Assembly (NCBI GenBank): GCA_035317045.1
Contig: DATHHT010000017.1
Length of the DNA stretch: 64,000 nt
Origin: Terracidiphilus sp.
GTDB lineage: Bacteria > Acidobacteriota > Terriglobia > Terriglobales > Acidobacteriaceae
Strand: one strand, 5' to 3'
In this document: one piece after another, positions 1 to 10,299 of the stretch
Layout: each line of letters starts with the position of its first letter
Position numbering within the stretch: position 1 is the stretch's first letter
Made by a program: the position numbers and the translations under genes
Notes under the pieces: generated by a model
The model's database searches: none
Seen by the model: only the letters and a program-made list of their open reading frames with translations
Told to the model about the DNA's origin: nothing

Positions 1-1
1 T

Positions 2-256
2 CCGGAGACCGCGCTGACTGTGTCCTGGAAAAACGGCAAAGTCGCAACGACCGACGGACCCTATGTGGAAACCAAGGAACAGCTCGGCGGCCTTCAAATC
101 TTTGAGGCGCGAGACCTCAATCACGCCATTCAGCTTGTCTCACAGCTTCCAGGCTTCAAGTATGGACTTGGACCGATTGTGATAGGTCCGGCTGCGGATT
201 TGAACGAAATGATGAAGGAGAGCGAGCGGCGGCGACGAAAGAAAACCGCACGTTGA
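2..256 (+). CDS. YciI/DGPF-domain protein, 5'-truncated by the window edge
   Basis: Frame is open from position 2; TTDGPYVETKEQLGG...EARDLNHAI is the DGPF-type YciI motif. Confidence 0.8.
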   Translation, partial: PETALTVSWKNGKVATTDGPYVETKEQLGGLQIFEARDLNHAIQLVSQLPGFKYGLGPIVIGPAADLNEMMKESERRRRKKTAR

Positions 257-366
257 GTGCAGTCCCGGTATCGGCTTGATGCGACTGCTCCTCCTGATTC
301 AGTTTCTGGGGACTACTGCCAGTTGATTTTCCCTGTGCTCGGACGGGTCTACGTTATCATGCACGC

Positions 367-1812
367 ATGACAACGACGGGCCGGGTTACGACAATTGCAA
401 TCCTCGCGTCGGCCGTGCTGCACGCCCGTCTTGCAGCGCAAAGCGCCCCGCCTGCATCGGGCGCCGTCTGGCAACCTACGGGTGTTCAGGCTCTGGAACA
501 TGAACTCGCCGTCCGCCCACAAGAGGCTGTCGATCTCGTTCCCGACAAGACCTATACACTCCCCGAGTTGATCGACCTGGCCCAGCAGCACAACCCCGAG
601 ACGCGCGTCGCATGGCAGCAAGCAAAATCGAAGGCTGCCACTCTGGGCATTGCCCGCAGCGCTCTTTATCCCACCATGTCTGCAGTTGCACTTGCCGTCA
701 CCCTTCGTGACGCGGCCCTCGTCGGCGAATTCTTTCACCGCCAGACGGAAGGCATCTTTGAACCCGTTCTCCATGTCGAGTATTTGGTCTTCGACATCGG
801 CGGACGCATTGGAGAAATCGACGCGGCCAAAGCCAATCTGCTGGCTTCCGATCTCGCGTTCAACGATACCCATCGCCGCGTCATTTATCAGGTCGCATCC
901 GCCTACTACCGCCTCCTCAACGCCGAAGGCCAGCGCCAGGCAGCGGAAGTCAGCCTCGAAAACGCAAGAACCATCGAAGAGGACGCAAAGGCACGCCTCG
1001 CCAACGGGCTCGCCACCAAGCCCGACGAACTCGAAGCCACCGCCGCGCGTACCCAGGCGGACTACGACCGGCAGGCCGCCGCCGGAGCGGTCGACATCGC
1101 TCGCGGCGATCTTGCTACGGCGGTCGGACTCGCGCCAGGCACGGTATTCAAAGTCCAGGGCATTGACGAACTGAAGCCTCCTTCATCCATAGCCGCCTCC
1201 GTCGATCAGGAGATCGATCGGGCCCTCGGCCAGCGCCCCGATTTGCTCCAGCAATTAGCGCGTGTACGTGCTGCCAATGCTTCCATCAAACAGGCTCGAT
1301 CGAGCTACTTTCCTTCTCTCAGCTTCACAGGCGATGGAGGCCTGGCGCGGGCCTACGGACAGCAAGACCTTTTTCCAGGACACTACGCACAAGGCGAAGC
1401 CTGGAACGCGCAACTCGAGCTCAAATGGATCCTCTTCGACGGTGCGCGGCGTGAATACAACATCGCCCGGGCCACAGCCGACAAAAAAGCTGCGCAAGCC
1501 GAGATCGACGCGCTTCGCGACCAAATTGCCAACCAGGTATGGGCAGCTTACTCCGAAATGCAGACAGCGCTGCGGCAACAACAAGCGGCGGCTGCGCTCT
1601 TGGCCGCTTCGCAACAATCGTACGAAGCGGCACATGAAGCTTACGGCTATGGCGTCCGCAATCTACTCGATGTCGTTTCCGCACAAAAGTCCTTGGCGCA
1701 GGCCCGTTCCGAAGACATCGCGGCGCGCACGCAGTTGTTACTCCAGGTCACCAACCTCGCTTTCCGCACCGGCGACCTTGTTCAAACCCAGCACTGGAGC
1801 CCAGGCCCTTAA
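367..1812 (+). CDS. TolC/OMF-family outer membrane efflux protein (MdtP-like role)
   Basis: 481 aa with signal peptide and two OEP-like repeats (LPELIDLAQQHNPE; ARSSYFPSLS; YGVRNLLDVVSAQ). Confidence 0.9.
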   Translation: MTTTGRVTTIAILASAVLHARLAAQSAPPASGAVWQPTGVQALEHELAVRPQEAVDLVPDKTYTLPELIDLAQQHNPETRVAWQQAKSKAATLGIARSALYPTMSAVALAVTLRDAALVGEFFHRQTEGIFEPVLHVEYLVFDIGGRIGEIDAAKANLLASDLAFNDTHRRVIYQVASAYYRLLNAEGQRQAAEVSLENARTIEEDAKARLANGLATKPDELEATAARTQADYDRQAAAGAVDIARGDLATAVGLAPGTVFKVQGIDELKPPSSIAASVDQEIDRALGQRPDLLQQLARVRAANASIKQARSSYFPSLSFTGDGGLARAYGQQDLFPGHYAQGEAWNAQLELKWILFDGARREYNIARATADKKAAQAEIDALRDQIANQVWAAYSEMQTALRQQQAAAALLAASQQSYEAAHEAYGYGVRNLLDVVSAQKSLAQARSEDIAARTQLLLQVTNLAFRTGDLVQTQHWSPGP

Positions 1813-1822
1813 CCCCGAACTC

Positions 1823-2116
1823 ATGCGAATGGAGCGACGCAAAAACGTGAATCGCGTGCAACGATTTTTGACTCTCCCGGCAGCGCTGTTCGTGGCTGCA
1901 CTCACAGGGTGCGGCCGCTCACCCACGTTCAACATCCTCGGATCTTTCTTCCCGTCCTGGCTCATCTGCCTGGTTGCGGGTATCCTTCTGGCCGCGATCG
2001 CCAATCGCATCTTCGCCCGTTTCGCGCTCGACAAGGAACTGCTCTGGCCTGTGGTTGTCTATCCGTGTCTCGCGCTCTTTTTTGCCTGCTCGCTTTGGCT
2101 AATCCTGTTTAGTTGA
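1823..2116 (+). CDS. ytcA: YtcA-family lipoprotein
   Basis: Lipobox ALTGC followed by SPTFNILGSFFPSWLIC; lies between OMF and MFP as in ytcA-mdtNOP operons; start may be GTG 1847. Confidence 0.8.
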   Translation: MRMERRKNVNRVQRFLTLPAALFVAALTGCGRSPTFNILGSFFPSWLICLVAGILLAAIANRIFARFALDKELLWPVVVYPCLALFFACSLWLILFS

Positions 2117-2146
2117 TCTCCTGTTTCGTTGATTCGAGGAGGAACG

Positions 2147-3385
2147 ATGCCCTCTGACCCATCGCACAACCGCCTTCACATCGTCGGCCGCACCATCAGC
2201 ATCGCGGTGATGATCGGTACGGTTCTCATCTCGCTGCTGGTCGTTCACGAGGTCAATGCCAATCCGCGCACCGATGATGCCGAAGTCTTCGCGAATTACA
2301 TCGGCATGGCCCCGCTCGTCAACGGACCCGTGACCCACTTGTATGTCTCCGACAATCAGCAGGTGAAGGCCGGCGATCCGCTCTTCGATATCGACGAACG
2401 CCCCTATGCCTATGCGCTAGCCCGCGCCCGCTCCGACCAGCAGGCGCTCGAAGGCCAGATCAGCGACGAGCGCCGTATCATCGCCGCCAAATCGAGTGGC
2501 ATCGACGTGGCCAAGGCGAGTGTACTTGGCTCCGAGGCTGGCGTTGCCCGCGCCGCCGCTGCCATCGAACAGGCCAAGGCTGATGTTGCCGGCGCCAAAT
2601 TCGCCGTTGACCGCTCCGATGCAGAGCTCGTGTACGCCTCGAATAATCTCCACCGGATTGAACCGCTGCTGGCGCGCCAGTTTGTCACCGTCGACCAGGT
2701 AGACCAGGCGCGCACGTTGCAAATTTCGCGTACGCAGGCCGCCAACCAGGCCAAATCGCAACTCGAATTGGCCGAGGCAAGCCTCCTCGCCTCCCAGGCA
2801 CAGTACAAACAGGTGCAGGCCCTGCTTGATCAGAGCCACCAGCAAGTCCAGCAGGCAACGCACAACGTCACCACGCTCGAGCCGCTCGAAGGACAGATTC
2901 TCGGCAAGCAGGCTGCCATCGACACGGCAAAATACAACTTCGACAACTGCCGCATCCTCGCTCCCTTCGATGCCCGTGTCACCAACCTCACCCTTTCCCA
3001 GGGAGCATACGCAACCGCGGGCCAACACATCTTCACCCTCATCGACACGCGCGTCTGGTGGGTCATCGCCAATTTCCGCGAAACCCAGTTGCGCCGCATC
3101 CAGCCGGGAATGGCGGCCGACGTTTATGTGATGTCCCGTCCCGGCGTTCGCTATAAAGGCGTCGTCGACAGCGTCGGATTCGGAGTCACGCCCGACAGCG
3201 ACATCGTCGGCCATATCACCGCGCCAGGCCTTCCAGACGTCCAGCGCACCCTGAACTGGGTGCATCTGGCCTCGCGTTTTCCCGTGCGCGTGCGAATTCA
3301 GGACCAGCCCACTGACGTCTTTCGCCTCGGCGAATCCGCGGTCGTCATCATCCGCGGCAACGCGCCTCCGAAGATCGGGGAATAG
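2147..3385 (+). CDS. HlyD/MdtN-like membrane fusion protein
   Basis: N-terminal TM, PRTDDA motif, lipoyl half-motifs, coiled coil, WVHLASRFPVRV; GGAGG SD before ATG 2147. Confidence 0.9.
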   Translation: MPSDPSHNRLHIVGRTISIAVMIGTVLISLLVVHEVNANPRTDDAEVFANYIGMAPLVNGPVTHLYVSDNQQVKAGDPLFDIDERPYAYALARARSDQQALEGQISDERRIIAAKSSGIDVAKASVLGSEAGVARAAAAIEQAKADVAGAKFAVDRSDAELVYASNNLHRIEPLLARQFVTVDQVDQARTLQISRTQAANQAKSQLELAEASLLASQAQYKQVQALLDQSHQQVQQATHNVTTLEPLEGQILGKQAAIDTAKYNFDNCRILAPFDARVTNLTLSQGAYATAGQHIFTLIDTRVWWVIANFRETQLRRIQPGMAADVYVMSRPGVRYKGVVDSVGFGVTPDSDIVGHITAPGLPDVQRTLNWVHLASRFPVRVRIQDQPTDVFRLGESAVVIIRGNAPPKIGE

Positions 3386-3387
3386 AG

Positions 3388-5559
3388 ATGGCCTCCGAGG
3401 CAATCCACATCCCGCACGAGGAACACTTCAACCAGTGGTTCCCCGACTTCCTCAAGAACGAACTCGCGCCTTATCCCGGCCGCGGGGCGCTCGTCGCACG
3501 CATCGTCATCGCCGCCACCCTGACCATGATTCTCATCGTCACCTTCCGCATTCCCGGAGGTGTCGTGGGTGCATTGTCCGCCTTCATCTTCTCGCGTGAA
3601 AACCTGGTGGCCACCGCCCGCTCGGCAATCTTCCTGATCACCGCGTTTGCTCTCGGAACCCTCTTCATCCCCATCGGCGCACGTCTGTTCGCTTCCACTC
3701 CCGAGACGCATTTTCTGTGGGTGGCCGGCAGCCTGTTCATCGTCTTCTTTCTGCTCCGTTGCCTCGCCAATTACGCCGTCGCCTCCGGTATGGCGCTCGT
3801 CGTTGCCAACGTTGTCGGCATCTGGTACCTGCCCGGTCCTGCGGAAAGAAATGTCGAACTGACTTTGTGGAATGTCGCTGCCACTCTCATTGGTGCGCTC
3901 GTAACGCTATGCGTCGAAGTCGTCTATTACGCGCTGCATGGCCGCGACGACCTGATCGATGGCCTCGATACACGTCTTGCCCTGATTGAAGACCTCATGG
4001 CGGATTACGCTGCGGCACGGCCCATCTCCGCCGCCACACGCGCGCGCCTTCCGCAGTTTGCCATGGTGGGAGCCGGCGCCTTGCGGCGTCACGTGGCCCG
4101 CGGAAGCTACTCGCAGTTCTATCGCACCCGCATGAGTGCCCTGGTATCCCAGGTGGGGCGTTCCATTGATTTTGCTGCCGCCCTCGCCGACGCCTATCCT
4201 TTGCTGCCCGGGCTTGAGGAGCGCGCCGAGCGCCTGACTCGAAGCATCGCCGACATCCGCCATTGCCTTCACACCCACGGCCAACCCTGCGAGGCAGTCC
4301 TTGAGCCCCGGCCCAGTCCTGGCACCCCGCTCATGTCTGAGATTGAATCCATGGTCTCGCTCATGCCCTCCATCTTTAGCGAAGAGAACTCTCCCGATCC
4401 GGCCCTTCAGAGCATCGAGGACCCGCCCGATACTACGCGCATCTTCATCCCCGACGCCTTCTCCAATCCCGAGCATCTGCGCTACATCCTGGGAGGAACC
4501 GCGGCGTCCATGCTCTGCTACATCTTTTATGTGTCGTTGGACTGGCCCAACCTCTCTACCTCCGTCACCACCTGTGTGCTCACTGCACTTACCACCATCG
4601 GCTCTTCCCGTCAGAAACAGATCCTCCGCATGGCGGGATTCGTTCTCGGCGGAGTCATCTTCGGCCTCGGATCCCAGATTTTCGTTCTCCCCTTTCTCGA
4701 TTCCATCGGTGGATTCACGATCCTGTTCGCCACCGCAACCTTTGTCGCCGCGTGGATCGGGACATCGAGCACACGGCTCTCCTACGCCGGCCTGCAATTC
4801 GCATTCGCCTTCTACCTCATCCACCTCAGCGACTTTTCCATCCAGACCAATCTCACTATCGCGCGCGACCGCGTCCTCGGCGTCTTGCTCGGCATCACCA
4901 TCATGTGGCTCGTGTTCGAGCGGCTACTTTCCCGCTCCGCTGCCGACGAAATGGTGCGCATCTTTGTCGCCAATCTTCGCCTGCTGGCAGATCTCTTCTC
5001 ATCCACACCGCGTGCGGATGACCCGGCAGCCATTCTCAAGATTCGCCGCCAGCGCGATGCCGTCTATCGCCACTTCGGCGAAGTCAACGCCCAGTCCGAC
5101 GCCGTCCCCTTTGAAACCGGACCCTTGCGTGCAGGGGATATGGCGGCTCGCGACCGCATCCGGCGATGGCAGGCTCCCCTGCGCAGCGTTTATCTGCTCG
5201 AAGCCCCGCTCCTTCAGTTCCGCATCTTTGCCACGACCGATTTGAAGTCCCGGTCATTTACCGCATTCGAGGACGATTTTCGCTTTGAATGCTCGCGCAT
5301 ATTCCTGCATATCGCGGAGAGCCTCGAGAACCAGCTTGCCACGCGCACTCATCCCCCCGGCTCGATCGCAAGCATCGTCGATCGCCTCGATGCTTCGCCG
5401 GAAAAAATCGAAACCGAATTTTCCGAACGCGAACGCGCTCTCCTGCGCCTCACCCGGACCATCGCACAGCTTGTCGATCGGCTCCAGGGTGAAGTCGCAT
5501 TCGAAGGGCTCTACGAAGTCCAGATGCCCGCCGGTCCTGTAGCGGACCCTGGAGTCTGA
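3388..5559 (+). CDS. FUSC-family inner membrane protein (MdtO-like)
   Basis: 723 aa with two multi-TM blocks; ELAPYPGR and ARDRVLGVLLG motifs; coupled to the MFP gene. Confidence 0.85.
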   Translation: MASEAIHIPHEEHFNQWFPDFLKNELAPYPGRGALVARIVIAATLTMILIVTFRIPGGVVGALSAFIFSRENLVATARSAIFLITAFALGTLFIPIGARLFASTPETHFLWVAGSLFIVFFLLRCLANYAVASGMALVVANVVGIWYLPGPAERNVELTLWNVAATLIGALVTLCVEVVYYALHGRDDLIDGLDTRLALIEDLMADYAAARPISAATRARLPQFAMVGAGALRRHVARGSYSQFYRTRMSALVSQVGRSIDFAAALADAYPLLPGLEERAERLTRSIADIRHCLHTHGQPCEAVLEPRPSPGTPLMSEIESMVSLMPSIFSEENSPDPALQSIEDPPDTTRIFIPDAFSNPEHLRYILGGTAASMLCYIFYVSLDWPNLSTSVTTCVLTALTTIGSSRQKQILRMAGFVLGGVIFGLGSQIFVLPFLDSIGGFTILFATATFVAAWIGTSSTRLSYAGLQFAFAFYLIHLSDFSIQTNLTIARDRVLGVLLGITIMWLVFERLLSRSAADEMVRIFVANLRLLADLFSSTPRADDPAAILKIRRQRDAVYRHFGEVNAQSDAVPFETGPLRAGDMAARDRIRRWQAPLRSVYLLEAPLLQFRIFATTDLKSRSFTAFEDDFRFECSRIFLHIAESLENQLATRTHPPGSIASIVDRLDASPEKIETEFSERERALLRLTRTIAQLVDRLQGEVAFEGLYEVQMPAGPVADPGV

Positions 5560-5995
5560 TGGCTGCCTGGGAATTCCCGTTCAGTTTCCACGCTGAGACC
5601 TGGGAACCGCAGCCAGCGCTGTGCATGATAGCTTTCACATAGTTCGGGACGAAGAGCATGCTACTGACTCGAGCAGAAATGAGTCCTGACGATGGGCAAG
5701 AGAAGCGCATTTTTCAGGACCAATTTCACCCGGTTTCGCGTAAATAGCTGTCTGGGAGCGGTTTGGCTGGATATCACCGGCGGAAAATGAGACTTCCATC
5801 GAGTCGAACCTCTGAGTGCCTGGCAAAAGCTTTCGTGCAGCTGCGAACGCCTCTACCTTTCCCATAGACTCTCCAAAAAGGTTAGAAATTTGACAATTTG
5901 TTCGCGCCCGAGCTGATTTTTACTCACACCATCCAGAATTCCAAGATTTTCTTACATGAAACTTCCTTGCAATTTTCTGCTGGCTCGGTTATTTT

Positions 5996-6024
5996 ACTAA
6001 CCAGTTAGTTTAACTATTTGGTCA
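5996..6024. promoter_or_regulatory. Putative TetR autoregulatory operator
   Basis: Perfect inverted repeat ACTAAC-CA-GTTAGT (5996-6009) plus a related TAACTA-TT-TGGTCA directly upstream of the tetR start. Confidence 0.55.
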
Positions 6025-6026
6025 AG

Positions 6027-6782
6027 ATGAATCCTGATATCCAAAACGCATCCGTATCCACTGACCGATCCTCCGAAACCCGTGCGCGGATTCTCGATGC
6101 GGCTTTGCGTGAGTTCAGCGCACTGGGGATGGCAGGTGCTCGCATGGACCAGATTGCCGCGGCCGCGGGCGTGAACAAGGCGCTGCTTTACTACCACTTC
6201 GACAGCAAGGAGAACCTCTACATTGCCGCGGTGGAGATGATTTCGGCGAAGATACGGGATCTGTCGATGGCTGTTTTTCTCCGCGATGCTTCGCCGGGTG
6301 AGCGGTTGTTGAGAGCCGCACTTAACCATTTTGACCGCATCCTGGCGCAGGGCGAGTTTCAGAGCCTGATGCAGCAGGAGATGATGCGCATGCACCAGGG
6401 CGAGTCGGATGCTCTGCCGGTGCTAGTGAAGCGGGTTTTTGCTCCGCTGCAAACGATGTACCAGTCGATGATGCGCGAGGGAATTGCATCGGGCGAATTG
6501 ATCGACGTCGACTGGCTGCAGATTCATCTGGCTACGCTCGGCGCGAATGTTTTTTATTTTCTAGCAGCGCCGGTTTGGCGGATCTTGATGCCATTTGAGC
6601 CTTTCGCGCCCGATGCCTTGGCGGCTCGGCGGCGTGCGGTGGTGGAGTTTCTGGGACAGGCAGTCTTTATCGACCGCGCCCATGGCGCTGAATTAGCGGC
6701 TCGCGTGCTTGCAGATACGCCCATGCCGGAACTGCCGAGTACGCGGCATCTCTTTGGGAGAAACGATGAACGCAAGAAATAG
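6027..6782 (+). CDS. TetR/AcrR-family transcriptional regulator
   Basis: HTH motif ARILDAALREFSALGMAGARMDQIAAAAGVNKALLYYHF. Confidence 0.92.
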   Translation: MNPDIQNASVSTDRSSETRARILDAALREFSALGMAGARMDQIAAAAGVNKALLYYHFDSKENLYIAAVEMISAKIRDLSMAVFLRDASPGERLLRAALNHFDRILAQGEFQSLMQQEMMRMHQGESDALPVLVKRVFAPLQTMYQSMMREGIASGELIDVDWLQIHLATLGANVFYFLAAPVWRILMPFEPFAPDALAARRRAVVEFLGQAVFIDRAHGAELAARVLADTPMPELPSTRHLFGRNDERKK

Positions 6783-7833
6783 AGTTTTCATGATCCTCGG
6801 GCTGCTTACGCTGGGATCGTTCGTATGGTATCTGTTCACCGCCCGCACTTCGGGTGACCTGAAGCTGATTGGTACGGTGGATGCGAATGAAGTGCTGGTG
6901 AGCGCGAAGATTCCCGGACGCATTCAGACGCTGAGTGTGGACGAAGGGCAGACGGTGAAGGCCGGCGAGCTGATTGCGATTGTGGAGAGCGACGATCTGG
7001 CGGCGGCCGAAAAAGCGGCCCAGGCCAATGTCCAGAGCGATCAATCGAAGCTGGCGGAGACAGTTGAGACACAGCGGCAGAATGAAGGCGAAGTGTCGAG
7101 TGCGGCGACCAATGCCGAGGCGCAGGTGAAGGCGAGCGAGGCAGCACTTGCCCAGGCGCAGGCGAATCTTGCGCACCAGAGGGCAGACACGACGCGCACG
7201 GTAGCACTTGCCAAGCAGGGAATTGCGAGCGACCAGGCCAAGGACGAAGCCGTAACCAGCCTCAATGCTGCCGAGGCAGCAGTGGAGACGGCGAAGGCGA
7301 ACGTGGCGGCAGCGAAAGCGGCGCTGCAGCAGGCGCATGCGCATGAGTTGCTGGCGCAGGTTTCAGCGCGAACCGTGGCATCGACGCGGGGCATCGTGCA
7401 GAACGCGAAGGCGCTGGCCGATCAGGCTGGTGTGCAGCTTGGATATGCCAGGGTGTTTGCGCCTGTCTCAGGGCCGGTGAATGTACTGGCGGCAAGACAG
7501 GGCGAGGTGTTGACGGCGGGTGGGACCATCGCGACGATTATGGACCTGACGCAGACCTGGGTATATGCTCCGCTGCCGGAGACACAGGCCGACGCTGTGC
7601 AGGTTGGCGACAGCCTGCGGGTGGTGATGCCGAGCGGCGCGTCGGTGCAGGGAAAGGTGATTGCCAAGAGTGCGGAGGCGGATTTTGCGACGCAGCGCGA
7701 CATCAACGGCGGCCGCAAGCGCGACATCAGAACCGTGCGGCTGAAGTTGTTGATCGATAACCCGGATGAGAAGTTTGTGCCGGGGATGACTGCTGAGGTC
7801 TACGTGCCCAAGAACAAGCTGGTGAAGCAATGA
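6766..7833 (+). CDS. HlyD-family secretion/MFP subunit of an ABC exporter
   Basis: N-terminal TM, VSAKIPGRI lipoyl motif, coiled coil, FVPGMTAEV; overlaps the tetR stop. Confidence 0.9.
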   Translation: MNARNRVFMILGLLTLGSFVWYLFTARTSGDLKLIGTVDANEVLVSAKIPGRIQTLSVDEGQTVKAGELIAIVESDDLAAAEKAAQANVQSDQSKLAETVETQRQNEGEVSSAATNAEAQVKASEAALAQAQANLAHQRADTTRTVALAKQGIASDQAKDEAVTSLNAAEAAVETAKANVAAAKAALQQAHAHELLAQVSARTVASTRGIVQNAKALADQAGVQLGYARVFAPVSGPVNVLAARQGEVLTAGGTIATIMDLTQTWVYAPLPETQADAVQVGDSLRVVMPSGASVQGKVIAKSAEADFATQRDINGGRKRDIRTVRLKLLIDNPDEKFVPGMTAEVYVPKNKLVKQ

Positions 7834-8879
7834 CGTCGCACGCACATACCGTCACCCCTACGCCGGACCCTTTGCATGGCCATGCGTCGGCTGCGATTCG
7901 CGTGGAGAACATCTGCAAGAAATACGGCGATTTCGAAGCAGTGAAGAGCGTGAATTTCACCGTGGCTGACGGAGAGATCTTCGGACTGCTGGGGCCGAAC
8001 GGTGCCGGGAAAAGCACGCTGATCCGGATGATGACAACGCTGATTCCAGTGACGAGCGGGAAGGCGATTGTGGGTGGCCACGATGTGAGCAAGGAATCGG
8101 ACGCGGTGCGTCGAATGATCGGGGTGATTCCGCAGGCGCTGACTAGCGACCAGGATCTAACGGTCGAAGAGAACCTGAGTATTTATGCGAAGCTGTACAG
8201 CGTTCCGCGGGCGCAGCGGGAGAAGAATATTACCGATGTGCTGGAAGCTGTGGACTTGACCAAATGGCGGAGTGCGCAGACCAAGACACTTTCGGGTGGC
8301 ATGCGGCGGCGGCTTGAGATTGCGCGTGGGTTGGTGCATGATCCACGGATTTTCTTTCTTGACGAGCCGACAACCGGACTCGATCCTGTCTCGCGCATCG
8401 CGGTGTGGGAGATGCTGAACAATCTGAAGAAGACGCGCAACCTGACGATGCTGTTGACGACGCACTACATGGAAGAAGCCGACCGGCTTTGCGACCGCAT
8501 TGCGATTGTCGATCACGGAACGCTGGTGGCATTGGGCAGTCCGGTGGAGTTGAAGCAGAGCGTGCCGGGATCGAATGTGGTTGAAGTGCAATTCAATCGT
8601 GAGGATGCAGAGTGGAAGGCGCGGCTGGAGGCCCTTCCGGATGTGACGGAGGTGCAATCGCAATCAGCGGGCGTTTATCGCGTACTGACGTCGAATGGAT
8701 CGCAGACCACGACGGAGCTGGTGGAGATGGCGAAGGCATTGGGCGAGCAGCTGACTTCGCTGAGCGTGCAGAACACATCGCTCGATGACGTTTTTGTGCA
8801 CTACACGGGCAGGCAATTGCGCGATGAGCAGGTGAAGTCGGTCTTCATGATGCCGCCGCGTCCGGGAGCACAACCATGA
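7830..8879 (+). CDS. ABC transporter ATP-binding protein (DrrA/YbhF-like)
   Basis: Walker A GPNGAGKST, signature LSGGM, Walker B FFLDEPT, H-loop TTHYM. Confidence 0.95.
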   Translation: MTSHAHTVTPTPDPLHGHASAAIRVENICKKYGDFEAVKSVNFTVADGEIFGLLGPNGAGKSTLIRMMTTLIPVTSGKAIVGGHDVSKESDAVRRMIGVIPQALTSDQDLTVEENLSIYAKLYSVPRAQREKNITDVLEAVDLTKWRSAQTKTLSGGMRRRLEIARGLVHDPRIFFLDEPTTGLDPVSRIAVWEMLNNLKKTRNLTMLLTTHYMEEADRLCDRIAIVDHGTLVALGSPVELKQSVPGSNVVEVQFNREDAEWKARLEALPDVTEVQSQSAGVYRVLTSNGSQTTTELVEMAKALGEQLTSLSVQNTSLDDVFVHYTGRQLRDEQVKSVFMMPPRPGAQP

Positions 8880-9988
8880 ACAGGTTTATGGCGATTGTCG
8901 AGCGCGAAATGCGGAAGTTTTTCCGCTCGCCGGTGCTGATGATCATGTCGATGATGTTGCCGCTGGTGCAATTGATCATTCTGGGAAATGCTTTTGGCGG
9001 GAAGATTCGCGGGGCGAAGGTGGCGGTCGTTGACCACGATCATGGCCCGCAAGCGTTGAGGATTCGCGAGGCGTTCGATTCGGTTGCGGTGAACATTGCA
9101 ACGTTCACGACAGTCAATTACGACGATGAAACACAAGCGCGGGAGGATGTTCGGACCGGGAAGGTGGATGCGGCTGTGATCATCCCGGCACAGTATTCGC
9201 GGCGCGTCTATTCGCAGGATGCACCACGGATCGGGCTGGTGGTCGACAACTCCGATCAGTTTATGAGCGGCAGCCTTGAATCGGAGATGCAATCGCTGAT
9301 CGACGCGCTGAATCAGCCAGTGATCCAGGATCGGGTGGTGAAGAATATCGCGCTGGAGATTGTCGAGCTGTATCCCTACGTCGAGTACATGAAGTACCTG
9401 CTGTCGGGGTCGATTGCGCTTGCGATGTACATCTCGGTGATGATCGGCGGCGGGATGCTTTATATCGACGACAAGGCGCGCGGTGTGCACGAGGGATACC
9501 TGGTGACACCGATCAGCAAGCTTGAACTGGTGATGGGACTCAATGCGGCCGGCGCCATCAAGGCGGTGCTGGCGGGGATTTCGCTGACAGTGATTGGATC
9601 GCTGATGGCGGGGTTGGGCACGATTTTTCACCCTCTCGCATTGTTCCAGCTGTTCTTGCTGATCGTGGGAGTGTCGATCGCGTTCAACGGAATGATGTTT
9701 TTGATGATGGTGCGGGTGGACGATCCGCTGGTGCCGCGCGCGATGTTTGGGGTGCTGAATACGCTGCTGTTCTTTCCTTCGGGTGCGATTTATCCGATCG
9801 CGGCGTTTCCGAAGTGGCTGCGGGCTATCGCGATTGTCGATCCATTCACGTATGCGATTCATGGGTTCAAGGCGATCCTGCTGAAGGATGGCGGGTTCGT
9901 TGCGATTCGGGGAGATTTACTGTTTCTGTTTCTGTTTGGGATCGGCACGCTGCTGATTGCAACGCCGCTGTTCAAGAGGACACTTTAA
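8876..9988 (+). CDS. ABC-2 type permease
   Basis: N-terminal TM, periplasmic domain and 5 C-terminal TMs; DPFTYAIHG; ATGA overlap with the ATPase gene. Confidence 0.92.
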   Translation: MNRFMAIVEREMRKFFRSPVLMIMSMMLPLVQLIILGNAFGGKIRGAKVAVVDHDHGPQALRIREAFDSVAVNIATFTTVNYDDETQAREDVRTGKVDAAVIIPAQYSRRVYSQDAPRIGLVVDNSDQFMSGSLESEMQSLIDALNQPVIQDRVVKNIALEIVELYPYVEYMKYLLSGSIALAMYISVMIGGGMLYIDDKARGVHEGYLVTPISKLELVMGLNAAGAIKAVLAGISLTVIGSLMAGLGTIFHPLALFQLFLLIVGVSIAFNGMMFLMMVRVDDPLVPRAMFGVLNTLLFFPSGAIYPIAAFPKWLRAIAIVDPFTYAIHGFKAILLKDGGFVAIRGDLLFLFLFGIGTLLIATPLFKRTL

Positions 9989-9990
9989 GA

Positions 9991-10077
9991 ACAGTGGACG
10001 GTGAACAGAGAGCCGTGAACAGTGGACAGTGGACAGTGGACAGTGAACAGTGGACAGTGATCAGTGAACGGGACCAG
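9991..10077 (+). repeat. Heptamer tandem array (CAGTGRA)n
   Basis: aacagtggacggtgaacag...cagtggacagtggacagtggacagtgaacagtggacagtgatcagtgaac immediately after the permease stop. Confidence 0.9.
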
Positions 10078-10100
10078 TAGGCGAGAACAGCGAATAGGGA

Positions 10101-10268
10101 TTAGAGGTTTGAGTTTCCGGCGGGTAGGACGGTTAGTCCGGAATGCGATGAGGCGGTCCATTCCTTGTGGGAGGGTGGGCCGCCTTGGCGCTTCTGGAGA
10201 GTGCCCGCGGAAGACCTGATTGAGGGGGACCTGCGCTCCGGCGGTATATGCCGGCATTCGATGAACAT
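10101..10268 (-). CDS. Small ORF (55 aa, MFIECRHIPPERR...), possibly a decayed gene
   Basis: AGGAG SD 8 nt upstream of the ATG; lies at the end of conserved non-coding module A; below the ORF-track cutoff. Confidence 0.3.
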   Translation of the reverse strand: MFIECRHIPPERRSPSIRSSAGTLQKRQGGPPSHKEWTASSHSGLTVLPAGNSNL

Positions 10269-10299
10269 GGACGTGACTCCTTGGCCCTATTACTCACTC

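Noticed and set aside
5560-5990. oriC at the skew switch
   Set aside because: No TTATCCACA-type DnaA boxes or DUE-like repeats, and no dnaA/gidA neighbours.
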